Below, in pieces: positions 25,499-37,805 of a stretch of DNA of 64,000 nucleotides. A model generated the notes under the pieces. That model was not told where the DNA came from. It was given only the letters and a program-made list of their open reading frames with translations, and searched no databases. Origin of the DNA: Octopus vulgaris (Eukaryota); assembly GCA_951406725.2 (NCBI GenBank), contig OX597840.1, positions 15,314,001 through 15,378,000 on the forward strand, in the 5' to 3' direction. Position 1 is the stretch's first letter. Every line of letters starts with the position of its first letter. Made by a program: the position numbers and the translations under genes.

Positions 25499-26256
25499 TA
25501 TATGGAATAAAAAGTCAAGCTAGAAAATGCACTAAAATAATTTTATAAAAAACAATTCAGTACCGGTTTCAGGCATTGAAACTTTTTCAATTGTATGTAT
25601 GGGAAACAATTAAATTTTGGAAAAGTTAAAAGAAAATTTTTTAAAAGAATATTTGCATAGTATTCAAATTACAAGGGACATTTTCCTTGTTTCTGCCTGT
25701 CTCTGTCTCTCTTGTTTACTCTTGTGGATTCGAGGTCATTGTGAATTCTTGGCAGGGAAGAAGAAGGAGGAGGAGGAGGAGAAGAATGCAGGAGTGCCAT
25801 GATAGTAGTAGGATGTTAAATGGTCAAGTGCCCTGAAAGTGACTTCTTGTGGATGGCAGTAGTGATTGAATTCTTGAGACATCTCTTTTGAATGTATTGT
25901 TTGTATTTCTTCTTCTTCTTCTTCTTCTTCTTCTTCTTCTTCTTCTTCTTCTTCTTCTTCTTCTTCTTCTTCTTCTTCTTCTTCTTCTTCTTCTCCTCCT
26001 CCTCTTCTGCCAAGAATTCACAACAACCTTGAACCCACAAGAGTTATCAAGAGAGACAGAGACAGGCAGAAACAAGGAAAATGTCCCTTGTATTTGAATT
26101 CTATGCAAATATTCTTTTAAAAAATGTTTTAAATTTTTTCAAAATTTAATTGTTTTCCATAGATACAGTTGAAAAGTCTCAATGACTGAAACCAGTACTG
26201 AAATGTTTTTTATAAAATTATTTTAGCATTTTCTACCTTGACTTCTTTTTCATATA
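25499..26256. repeat. Inverted repeat of a ~280-bp PLE-like end around a spacer containing (CTT)n
   Basis: About 25499-25785 is the diverged reverse complement of about 25985-26256; each arm carries a hammerhead-like motif. Confidence 0.9.
25907..25993. repeat. (CTT)n trinucleotide microsatellite
   Basis: Pure TTC repeat of about 28 units. Confidence 0.95.
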
Positions 26257-26271
26257 TACATATATATATAT

Positions 26272-26612
26272 GCGAAGACCCCCTTCGGTCATGACTGACC
26301 ATGGGATTGCACCTAGGAAGTTACCCTACCAGGCACAAGTCTGGGCAAGGTTGTTTTATGGAAGACCAGCAGTTGCCCATGCATACCGGCCTCCCCTCTC
26401 CACGCCACCAGTGTTATCCAAGGGAAAAGCAAAGGGGCTGATACAGCTTGGCACCTGTGATGTTGCAACTCATTTCTACAGGTGAGTGAACTGGAGCAAC
26501 GGGAAATAAAGTGTCTTGCTCAAGAACACAACATGCAGCCCGGTCCGGGATTCGAACTCACAACCTCACGATCGTAAGCTCGACACTCTAACCACTGAGC
26601 CATGCACCTTCA
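26272..26612 (-). mobile_element. Family B tRNA-derived SINE, well preserved
   Basis: Minus: A box TGGCTCAGTGG, B box GTTCGAATCCC, then GTTCTTGAGCAAGACACTT (CORE-like) and a 3' tail shared with 45362-45520. Confidence 0.85.
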
Positions 26613-26641
26613 TATACATATGTAATATAAGTATATATGTT

Positions 26642-26985
26642 CCAGTGTCACGTAAATGGCATGTAAAAAGTACCCTTTGAACTTTGGGCCTCATGGAGGC
26701 AGTGGCAAATGACTGAGACCTTTGTCAATATGCCATGCTTGAGAAAACATGTTGAACCAAATGAGATCATAGTCATGGCCAATGCTGGTGTTTCATAACT
26801 GGCACCCATGCCATTGGCATGTGTAAAGCATCCATTACACTCTTGGAGTGGTTGGCATTAGGAAGTGCATCCAGCCATAGAAACTATGCCAAATCCAATT
26901 GGAACCTGGTGCAGCTTACCAGTTTTCAGTCACACTATCTGACCCCTGCCATCATGGAAAATGGATGTTAAATTATGATGATGAT
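26642..26985 (+). mobile_element. RTE ORF-end/3' UTR copy
   Basis: GGGCCTCATGGAGGC..GACTGAGACCTTTG (ORF-end homology), the terminal motif and (GAT)n. Confidence 0.65.
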
Positions 26986-27002
26986 ATCTATATATATATA
27001 TA

Positions 27003-27619
27003 CTAGTAAACACACCTGTCCTTTGGATGGTTTAAGTTGCTTTGCTGGTATTTTTTCACCAAATAATTAAACTACTGAGAAGGTTTATGAGTAGCATGGC
27101 AATCTATGTTTCTGATTAACCTAGGAACAGAAAATCAAATTGAAGACTGGTTATTGTGGAGGTTGTTGCACTTTAATGATCATAGAGCATATAAGTTTGT
27201 AAGCGATGCAAAGTAGAGCTACTGAAGTATTTTGGAAGTAGATTACAGATAATGATTACAAAATATAGTGACCTTACATGAAAGTGAAATTTCTTGTCAG
27301 AAACAGTCACATAAATGGTGTAAGGAAATTGAAGGAAGACGTTCAAACTTCTCCTCTTGAGTCTATTTTTTTCCAATAGAAAAGGGACTCTACACACAAA
27401 ACAACTATGTCCATTTAGGTCCATTTATGTAGTAATTCTGACAAAATGTTTAGTACATGACTGTCCTTAGGAGAAGTAATGTGTATGTAAAGTTTGGTGA
27501 AAATCGGTTGAGAATTGTGGAAATGTATGCCTTCAGTGTTCCTTATCAATTTAATCACTATTGCTGGTGGACAGTGGAAATAAATAAATAAACAAAATCC
27601 TTTCACTTTTATAAAAAGA
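27003..27619 (-). mobile_element. Non-autonomous Helitron
   Basis: Minus strand A|TC at 27619 and a subterminal hairpin ACCATCC-AAA-GGACAGGT followed by CTAG|T at 27003; no TSD. A second copy of the 5' part lies at about 27636-27790. Confidence 0.7.
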
Positions 27620-28712
27620 TTGAAAAAGTATGGAAGACCCTACATACAAAAAACTATGTCCATTTACACAGAAGCTCTGGGCAAAATATAGTGCATATGA
27701 CCATCCTTATGACATAAATAATGTGTGTAAAGTTTGATGAAAATCGTCAGTCATTGTACACACACACATACTGTGATTTATATATACTTTATATATATAT
27801 ATATAAATTATATATTTATATTTGTGTGTGTGTGTATATATATTGATAGATATATGTGTATGTATGTATTTGCATATGTATATGTATGTATGTTTATGTC
27901 TGCTTGAAAACTAGTGTTGGTATGTTTACATCTCCCTGACTTAGTGGTTCAATAAATGAGACCAATAAATTAAGTAATGCCAGTCTTACAAACAAAATAA
28001 GTACCAGGTGTGATTTGTTTAACTAAAATTCCTCCAGCATGGCCACTGTCTCATGACTGAAGCAAGCAAAAGACAAGTGATAAAAAGCAATATTTGCATT
28101 GGTTCAGCTCAGGAGAATTCAGGGACCAAATATCTGAGAATGTAGACCCAATAAAATGGAATGTCATCGGTGGATTTATTCCATATGAGCTACAATGATA
28201 ATATAGTAACAACCATATGAAAGCCACAACTGACATTCAACCTGCTAAAAATAGCAGCCAAATCTTTGTCACAACTATGCAACACGGCCACCACTACTGT
28301 AACTACAACACTACCACCGAAACTGCAACACTCCTCTCACCACTACCACAACTACCAACTCTGCAATTGTCACTGAACAGTTCCTCAATGTCTTTGAATT
28401 TTTCTTCAGTAAAATGTCGCAACAAACACACACTTCCTCTGCCTGCCTGCCTGCCTGTCTGTCTGTCTGTCTGTCCCTCAACCTATTTAGCTGTTGCTTT
28501 GTATGTTCTGTCTCTATCTCTCTTCTTCTGTCTCTTGTCACCTGGTCTGTCTGTCTATATGTCTGTGTATCTATGTATATGCATGCAAAGGTATGTATGT
28601 ATGTATCTATCTCTCTCTCTTACACCACTTTGTCAGAGTCTTTTGCTGCAAATACATGTCTCTCTCTCTCTTTCTCTCTCTCTATCTCTCTATATATGTA
28701 TATAAATATATC

Positions 28713-28758
<46 letters not shown>

Positions 28759-29645
28759 AGCTTACACACATTTTAATGTCTATATAATTCCTTATTCCTG
28801 TTATGTGGGTGTTTGAGTGGATGATATATTTTCTGTATGTACTTTCATATATATAACCACATATGCAAAACATGCACTCGCACACACATACACATGCACA
28901 CATGCTTCAGTATGAAATATCTTCATATTGATCAACACCCACACAAATCTGTGAATGGAGTGATTTTTCTCTTCTTGTGTAACTTTATTGATTTTATTTC
29001 ACTCATAGCTGCTTTCTCTCTGTGTCAGCTTCGATTTTTCTACTGCTTTTGCATATATACACCTACACACACACACACACCTACGCAGCTGTATGTGTAT
29101 ATATATGCACATCTGTATATATATATATATAGATAGATATACATACATGCATTTATGCACACACGACATACAAACATACACTCATACATATGATTGTGTA
29201 CATAAGCGCACATCTGACTATATATATATATATACATATACATAGATACAGACATATCACACACATAGATACATATATCAAACATTCATTAACACGTGTG
29301 TAAATATGTGTACATCTACATACATACACACTCATCAAATATAAGCACATATATCGATACACAACACATAAACACATATATTCATACATACATAATGCAA
29401 GCACACATCACATATACATCTATACACATAGACATAAATACATAGACATATATACTCAGACATGCTCATACTTACATAAACAACACATGCACACAATGCG
29501 AATACACACACACGCGCGTGCACACATACATGTAGGAATTCAAAGATGTTAACCCCACATGTTTTTGTAATTTTTTTTTGTGCTGTAACTCATCTGTCGA
29601 TATTGTCCACCATGTCTTCGGCCCCTGTGGCCAATAAAAGAAATC

Positions 29646-30003
29646 ATTATTATTATTATTATTATTATTTTATTTACTTTTAATCTACATGTTTGTTACA
29701 ACCACTCACTGAGATACACCCAGCATCCTAGGTTGAGTGAAGGATAAGAGATGTATGACTGAAAGTTTGTGGAGAGCAAGCAACAAAATATCATGTAATA
29801 TAACACATTTAAATAGATAGGGTTTTCTAATGATATGGGCTGTACTTGTCAGCATAATCTTTTAGATTTCTCTGAGACATGGTTCTCCTGGGATATTATC
29901 TAGATATTTCTGAGATCCCTTTCTTATCATACCAAGGGCACCCACAATAAAAGGAACAGTTCTCATTTTAAGATGCTACATCTTTTGTATTTCAAAGTTC
30001 TTG
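29646..30003 (-). mobile_element. R4/Dong-type RLE non-LTR retrotransposon 3' end in (TAA)n
   Basis: Minus: EIQKM*HLKMRTVPFIVGALGMIRKG..LREI*KIMLTSTAHIIRK, then a UTR ending in (TAA)n, the known Dong target. Confidence 0.75.
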
Positions 30004-30459
30004 CTATTAAGATGCCTCATCTTGTTGTTGTTGTTGTAGTAGCAAAAAGGTCTGGGTATTTATGTAGTGCCTCATTATAATTAATTACTACAGCAATTAT
30101 AATTCCTGTTGACTATTCTATTGCTATATTTTAAATGGTAAGCATTCATTATTATTGATGGAATGAAAATGAGTGATGTGTAGGTATGAGGTCTATACCT
30201 AAACAGGATGGTATGTGGAGGTTTATAATTGAGGTGTTTATATAGACAGCTGATTAATTAATTGCGTGTAAAGGCTATTCAGTAATGTGATTTTCTTAAA
30301 AAGAACTGTGAAAAAATGCCTATAATATTTTGAATTTATAATATGTGAGAAGGTCAAACAAGCTTTATCATCTTTTATGGTGGCTGTTAATTGGAGATAT
30401 TTTTTTCTTTTTTCTCAGAAATGATTATATTGGTGAAAAATCTGTGTATTTCAATACAA

Positions 30460-30900
30460 ATCTTCTCATGGGTGAAATTATATCAATTTAGTTTGTTTAG
30501 TCAAGATTTAGCGTGATATCTAAGTATAAATAATTTTTGAAGTGTACATAACTGACAGGAGGTATCAGGTTGTGAAAGCTATTTGTGGAATCTAAATGTA
30601 AGAAAACAGTATGAGATATTATTAGGTAAATTCTTAAACTTCACTTTCCAAATATGGCAAGTGATTCTAGTATCCTAACTTTTCTGAAAGTTCCTAGATG
30701 TATAAGTGTGTTGATGAAACCTAGGTTTGAATGGGTTTGATATTTGGATAAAGATTAGATTCAACTGTAGCAGATTAAATAACAGATTTTGCAATGGAAA
30801 GGACAGATTTCATACATGGATACTGCAGGTTTAGGTATTGCCATTTTGTAGGGGTCAGAATAATTCACATTTTTCTATATTACCTGATAAACCAAATATA
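30460..30900 (-). pseudogene. Degenerate PLE GIY-YIG C-terminus
   Basis: Minus, with frameshifts: KSVI*SATVES..TRFHQHTYTSRN..DT..HIWK..SCQLCTLQKLFIL..LNK. Confidence 0.6.
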
Positions 30901-30944
30901 AATGAACCATTGATATTGTAACCAACTTATATTAAGTAATATAC

Positions 30945-31072
30945 TTTCATCCTTCCGGGGTCGATAAATTAAGTACCAGTTACGCACTGGGGTCGATGTA
31001 ATATACTTAATCCGTTTGTCTGTCCTTGTTTGTCTCCTCTGTGTTTAGCCCCTTGTGGGTAGTAAAGAAATA
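30945..31072 (+). mobile_element. Family M SINE 3' part (young)
   Basis: CTTTCATCCTTCCGGGGTCGATAAATTAAGTACCAGTT with CpGs intact; tail TTTAGCCCCTTGTGGGTAGTAAAGAAAT. Confidence 0.8.
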
Positions 31073-31827
31073 TAGATTAAGTAATAATAATAATAATGAT
31101 AATAATAATAATAATGTCAAAATAATAGATCCTGTTTGTTTCTTCACCTTTCTCCCTTTTGTTTTTTGCTTGTTTTGCAGCTTTACACCATTTTGAATCA
31201 TATATATATATATATATATATAAATGACACTTTAGCTAGCTGTAAAATACACCTAAGGGATATTAAATATCCAAAGAATTTACTGGTTTGTATTACCTAT
31301 ATCAATAACAATGTTATTCCAATAGGTAAATTAAAAATAAGCAAACAGTTTATTAATAAATAAATGTAAATAAGAAATGGAAAACAAAACAATAAATTGA
31401 ATTGAATTTATAATTATTCAATTTATTGTTTTGTTTTCCATTTCTGATTTGTGTGTGTGTCTGTGTGTGTGTGTGTGTGTAGGCATGTTTATGTGGTAAA
31501 AAGTATGCTTCCCAACTGCATGGTTCTGAGTTCAGTCTCATTATGTAGCATTTTGGGTAAACATCTATTATAACCCCAAGCCACCTAAAGCCTTGTGAGT
31601 TGATTTGATAGACAGAAATTGAAAGAACCATATTGCATGTGTGTGTGTGTATATATATATAATAGTGGTACAACAATGCACCACTATTTACTGGAAATAG
31701 CAGTCACTAATATATACTATGGTATAGTAAAGCTTCACTGTGTATATATACTGGCAAAAATGTTTACGAGCGGCAAACATAAAAATTTTCATTTTACCTG
31801 TAGGAAGAACATTAAATAAATGTACAA

Positions 31828-32055
31828 GGCGCAGGAGTGGCTGTGTGATAAGTAGCTTACTTACCAACCACATGGTTTCTGGGATCAGTCCCACTGTGTG
31901 GTACCTTGGGCAAGTGTCTTCTACTATAGCCTCAGGCCGACCATACCCTTGTGAGTGGATTTCGTAGACAGAAACTGAAAGAAGCCCGTCGCATATATAT
32001 GTGTGTGTGTGTGTGTGTATGTGTATTTGTGTGTGTGTGTGTGTATGTTTGTGTG
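31828..32055 (+). mobile_element. Family A SINE 5' half fused to an RTE fragment
   Basis: Head and body followed by (TG)n, then directly the RTE ORF. Confidence 0.8.
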
Positions 32056-32061
32056 TCGGTC

Positions 32062-33505
32062 TGCCCTGCTCAATCTGTAGAAAAGGTGTAGGTAGAAACT
32101 CCATAAGATGTACCCAGTGTAAGCTATGGACACATAAGAGGTGCAGCAATATCAAAAGAAAATTAACCGAGAAGATAGCTTTCATGTGCGGCAGATAAAC
32201 AGGGGCAATAGCCACCATTGATACTCAGAAAACAGATTCCATCACACTCTTGGGGGAGAAACTAGAAGTAGTTGATAGTTTCTGCTACCTAGGTGACCAA
32301 GTTAGTAGCGGGGGTGGATGCTCAGGGAGTGTTACCACTAGAATAAGAATAGCCTGGGCAAAGTTTAGGAAGCTTCTTCCCCTACTGGCGACAAAGAGTC
32401 TTTTGCTCAGAGTGAAAGGTAGATTGTACGATGCATGTGTGCGAACTGCTATGCTTCACGGCAGTGAAACATGGGCTGTGACTGCAGAGGACATGTGTAG
32501 GCTTGAAAGAAATGAAGCTAGCATGATCCGCTGGATGTGTAATGTCAGTGTCCATGCATGACAGAGTGTAAGTCCCTGAGAGAAATGTTGGGCATAAGAA
32601 ACATTGGATGCAGCGTGCAGGAGAGACGATTGCATTGGTATGGTCATGTACTATGGATGGATGAGGAGAGATGTGTGAAGAAGTGCCACTCCCAAACTGC
32701 AGAAGGAATCCGGGTTAGAGGTAGACTCAGGAAGACATGGGATGAGGTGGTCAAGCATGACCTTCATACATTGAGCCTCACAGAGGCTATGACGAAAGAC
32801 CGAGACCTCTGGAGATATGCTGTGACTTCGAAGACCTGACAAATGAAGTGAGCTCATGGCTTGCAGGATGGCCGGCTGCGCTTGAGGAGACCTATTGTGT
32901 CAAGTTCATCAACATCAAAATAAAAATCATATGGATATTTTAGTTGTGATACCTGTGCCGGTGGCACGTAGGGCCTCACAGAGGAAATGATTAAGACTGA
33001 GACCCTTGAGATATGCTGTGACTGTGAAGACCCGTCAAAGGAAGTGAGTTCATAGCTTGCAGGACAGTCTGCTGTGCTAACCTTGGATCGTAGAGTGAGC
33101 CACTGTTCTTGAGGAGACCTATTGAGTCAAGTACGTCAACACCAACATCAAAATATAAATCAAATGGAAATTGTAGTTAAGACACCCATACCGGTGACAC
33201 GTAAAAAGCACTGTCTGAACATGGCAGATGCCAGCGCTGCTTGACTGGTATCCATGTTGGTGACAGGTAAAAGCACCAACCGATCGTAGCCGTTGCCAGC
33301 CTCCTCTGGCCCCTGTGCCAGTGGCATGTAAAAAGCACCCACTACACTCACAGAGTGGTTGGTATTAGGAAGGGTATCCAGCTGTAGAAACACTGCCAGA
33401 TCAGACTGGAGCCTGGTGCAGCCTTCTGGCTTTCCAGACCCTGGTCGAACCGTCCAACCCATGCTAGCATGGAAAGCGGACGTTAAACGATGATGATGAT
33501 GATGT
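32062..33505 (+). mobile_element. 5'-truncated RTE-clade LINE: PHD-like finger, RT thumb/C-terminus (pseudo-ORF 32062-32839), 3' UTR and (GAT)n tail
   Basis: CSIC..CTQC.LWTHKRC..CGR*, LEVVDSFCYLG, RIRIAWAKF, LHGSETW, RRLHWYGHV, RGRLRKTW, DRDLWR. Two stops/frameshifts; about 32970-33150 duplicates the ORF end. Confidence 0.92.
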
Positions 33506-33999
33506 ATTGTCCTAAGGCTGATTGTCATGATTCTGTATTGCATATAACTGAGAAGAAATATCTGGATGGTAAAGCACCAAATCATTGGCTCATGCAAGAA
33601 TTCATTTCCACTTTGTAGGTCATTAAGAAGCAATAAAATGTATTCATTAATGAACTGACATACATCATACACACACATGTATATATACAACATTGTACAT
33701 CCATACATAGATATGTAAACGTACACCCACACACACACATATATATATTTATATCTGTGCTTGTGCATATATGTTTGTGCATGTGTGTGTATGTATGCAA
33801 GCCATTTAATGGTGTATCTTGTAATGAAATCCAGCTATAAATAATAGCTTGTAATAAGCTGAGTTAGAAAACCCTTGGATGGAAAATATATGTACGCATT
33901 TATAGACTTATGTATGTTTGCATATAAATATATGAATATATATATGTGTGTAATACACCCACACACTCACATATATATACACATACACACATATATATA

Positions 34000-34230
34000 T
34001 GTGCTGGTGGCACGTAAAAAGCACCAATCCAATCATGGCCGTTGCCAGCCTCGCCTGGCACATAAAAAGCACCCACTACACGCACGGAGTGGTTGGCATT
34101 AGGAAGGGCATCCAGCTGTAGAAACACTGCCAGATCAGACTGGGCCTGCTGCAGCCTTCTGGCTTTCCAGATCCCGGTCGAACTGTCCAACCCATGCTAG
34201 CATGGAGAATGGATGTTAGACAATGATGAT
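34000..34230 (+). mobile_element. RTE 3' UTR copy
   Basis: Near-identical to 33270-33505. Confidence 0.8.
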
Positions 34231-34861
34231 AATATATACACATATATACATATATATATATATACATATACATATACATATATATATATAGATACATATA
34301 TGCATATGCACACTCACACACACACACGTGTGTGTGTGTGTATTGGATACCCTAACCATTTTCTATAATTTTTGATGTTCCCTGTGCAATTAATCATTAC
34401 AGTCTCATCTTTAATTAGTTGTTTCACCAATTTACTTCGTTTATGTCTCGGTTAAAACGAACATTTCCTCCATAGAACTTTTCTTTAGAATCAAAGGAAA
34501 ACATTGGAATGGCAGGCAGTTGGTGGGTGGGGAATGATTAATGTAACGAGGTTGACCGAATAAATTAGTGTGGTAGGAGGAGGAGGATGACAGCGACAAT
34601 GATGGTAATGACCAGGACGTTCATAATGAAGACAGTGACGATGGCAATGACATCCGTTGTGACAATGCAGAAGCAAGACGTGATTGATGATGATACGAAC
34701 CTCAGTATTTCACTGGTGTTTTATTTTATCGACCCCACTCCCCGACCCCAAAAAGAAAGGAACATAACGTTAACCTCAACAGGATTTGAACTCAGAATGT
34801 AAAGATTCAGATCAAACACCACCAATTATTATTTCCTGGTTCTCTAACAATTCTTACTTAG

Positions 34862-35075
34862 CTTGACATGTCTTCTCAAGTGGAGCAAATCACCAGAAGT
34901 CTCAGTCACTTGTGCTTGCCTCCATGACACTCCATAACACTCAACAACTGAAGATCATGTTTCAGTACCCCATCGCATGTCTTCCTGTGTCTACTTCTTT
35001 CACAGGTTCCCTCCACAATTAGAGATCACCACTACTTTATGCAGTTCACCTCATCCCTACACATCACATGACCAG
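34862..35075 (-). mobile_element. RTE ORF C-terminal fragment
   Basis: Minus: GHVMCRDEVNCIK..SLIVEGTCERSRHRKTCDGVLKHDL. Confidence 0.7.
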
Positions 35076-35446
35076 GCTTCTTTCGGTTTCTGTATACCTC
35101 CCAGCCCCTAAAGGATGGAAGGCAAGGTTGACTTCAGTAGGGTTTGAACTCAAAACATAAAGATGAAATTCCACAGGACATTTTGTTCAATGCTCCAAAG
35201 CTTCTACCATTTCACTTCCAAGAAAACAGATTTATTATCAGTCTTTAATTATAATTCATATTGTATCATTTTTATATATTTATATACATTTCATGATATA
35301 TATTTATATACATTTTATAATATATATCAATATGAATTTTATGATATATATTTATATATTTTAGAATGAAATTCTAAACATTTCATTCTGAAATAAGAAG
35401 TGAAAAATACAATATCACATCTGAAAGTAGTTAAAAAAAAAAAATA

Positions 35447-35862
35447 GGCATAGGAGTAGCTGTGTGGTAAGTAGCTTGCTTACCAACCACATGGTTCCGG
35501 GTTCAGGCCCACTGCGTGGCACCTTGGGCAAGTGTCTTCTACTATAGCTTCAGGCCGACCAAAGCCTTGTGAGTGGATTTGGTAGATGGAAACTGAAAGA
35601 AGTCCATCGTATATATGTATATACATATGTATGTGTGTGTGTACATATTTGTGTGTCTGTGTTTGTCCCCCAACATCGCTTGACAATCAATGCTGGTGTG
35701 TTTATGTCCCTGTTACTTAGCGGTTCAGCAAAAGAGACTGATAGAATAAGTACTATGCTTACAAAGAATAAGTCCTTGGGTCGATTTGCTCGACTAAAGG
35801 CAGTACTCCAGCATGGCCGCAGTTAAATGACTAAAACAAGTAAAAGAGTAAGAATAAAGAGT
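35447..35862 (+). mobile_element. Family A SINE, full length
   Basis: Complete architecture with a (TAAAAGAG)-like tail. Confidence 0.85.
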
Positions 35863-35914
35863 ATTAACTAGGTTATGCTTGAGCGATAACATTTTACCCA
35901 AAGTAGCTGTGCTC

Positions 35915-36385
35915 AGCTTCTACCAGAATCTCAAGATGGTTCCAGAACCTGGCACATGCATTCCTCACTGTGTCCATGAGAACTTCAAACAGCTCCTTGA
36001 TCTTGACCACTAGTTTGGGCTTGGTGTTGCTGGCAGGGAGGTTGATGTCTTTCTCACCCATGGCCAACACATAGTAATCCGTGGGATTAAAATCAGGGAA
36101 TTTAGGAAGGTAGAAATTGGGGCTGGTGAAGTTGTAGAAATTTTCTGATGACCACTTCTGATTCTATCCAAAAGTCAGGCAAGGAGTTGATTCCTTCTGC
36201 CACACATACAGTCTTCCAGCTGCAATCCTCTCCAGCCAGGATTTGACCAGTCTCCAACAGTTTCACATCACTGTTTAAATTGAGCCTAAGGCCTTTTTCA
36301 AAGATGTGGGCTGGCATGGAGACACACCCTTGCTGGAGGCACACCCAGAGACCATCTCAGTTTGGGTGAACTTGGTTTTCATGAT
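35915..36385 (-). pseudogene. DD37D (maT)-type Tc1/mariner transposase remnant
   Basis: Minus: MKTKF..HIFEKGLRLN..WLERIAAGRLYVWQ..SENFYNFTSPNF..PDFNPTDYYV..NTK..VRNACARF, frameshifted. Confidence 0.75.
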
Positions 36386-36577
36386 ATCCATGTCACATGT
36401 CACAACTCCTACAGTAGTCACAGGGAATTGAGCAGCAGTTATGATGTCAACATCTCAATTTCTTATTAGCCTCTGTACTCTTTTGGCGCTTCATTCTGAA
36501 GCATATGTACATTGAGTTCTACACCAAGTTATCAGTATTGCAAGGCCTAAGTGAAATAAATATACATATATATAAGC

Positions 36578-36993
36578 ACAGACGCAGCTGCATGGTAAGA
36601 AGCTTGCTCCCCAACCACATGGTTCCAGGTTCAGCTTCACTGTGTGGCACCTTGGGTAAGTGTCCTCTACTACAGCCCCGGGTCGACCAAAGCCTTGTGA
36701 GTGGATATGGTAAATGGAAACTGAAAGAAGCCTATCGTATATAAATATATATATATGTGTATGTATGTATGTATGTATATGTATATATTTGTGTCTGTGT
36801 TTGTCCCTCTACCATCGCTTGACAACCAATGTTGGTGTGTTTACATCCCCGTAACCTAGCTTTTCAGCAAAATTGACCCATAGAATAAGTACTAGGCTTA
36901 CAAAGAATAAGTCCAGGGGTTGATTTCTTCGACTAAAAAGTGGTGCTCCAGCGTGGCCACAATCAAAATGACTGAAACAAATGAAAGAATATG

Positions 36994-37025
<32 letters not shown>

Positions 37026-37420
37026 CAGACACACATCCACCAGGTGTGGCTGTGTGGTAAGAAGCTTGCTTCCCAACCACTTTGTTCCAGATTCAGTCCC
37101 ACTGCATGGCAAAGTGTTTTCTACTGTAGCCTTGGACCAACCAAAGCCTTGTGAGTGGATTTGGTAAACGGAAACTGAAAGAAGCCTATTGTATATAAAT
37201 ATATTTATGGGTCTTTGTGTCTGTGTTTACCCCACCATCGCTTGGCAACTGTGTATGTGTGTATGGTATGTCATCATAACTTAGCAGTTTGGCAAAAGAG
37301 ACCGTTAGAAAAAGTTTTAGGCTTGCAAAAAATAAGTCCTGGGGTCGATTTCTCCAACTAAAACCCTTTAAGGTGGTCCTCCAGCATGGCCGCATACAAA
37401 ATGACTAAAACATGTAAAAG
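36578..37420 (+). mobile_element. Two tandem family A SINEs
   Basis: Copies at about 36578-36990 and 37041-37420. Confidence 0.8.
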
Positions 37421-37421
37421 A

Positions 37422-37805
37422 ATCTTTTCTATTCTAGGCACAAGGCCTGAAATTTTGGGGTAGTGGGCCAGTCGATTGGATCAACCCTAGTATGCAACTG
37501 CTACTTAAATTATTAACCCCAAAAGGATGAAAGGCAAAGTCAACCTCGGTGGAATTTGAACTCAGAAAGTAAAGATAGATGAAATATCATTAAGCATTTT
37601 TCTTGGTGTACTAATGTTTCTGCCAGCTTGCCACCTTTAATATTTTTTTCTACTCTAGGCACAAGGTCCAAAATTTTGAGGAAAGGAACCAGTCGATTAG
37701 ATCAATCCCAGTATGTAACTGGTACTTAATTTATCGTCCCCAAAAGGATGTAAGTGCAAAGTTGACCTCAGCGGAATTTGAACTCAGATCATAAAGACAA
37801 ACGAA
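37422..37805 (-). mobile_element. Two tandem family M SINEs
   Basis: Copies at about 37422-37638 and 37645-37805, both ending GCCTAGA.TAGAAAA. Confidence 0.75.

Noticed and set aside
25816-26108. Poly-Lys/Arg/Leu ORFs
   Set aside because: They are readings of the (CTT)n tract.
26535-26612. tRNA gene candidate with good A and B boxes
   Set aside because: It continues into a multi-copy SINE body and has no proper acceptor stem; it is a SINE head.
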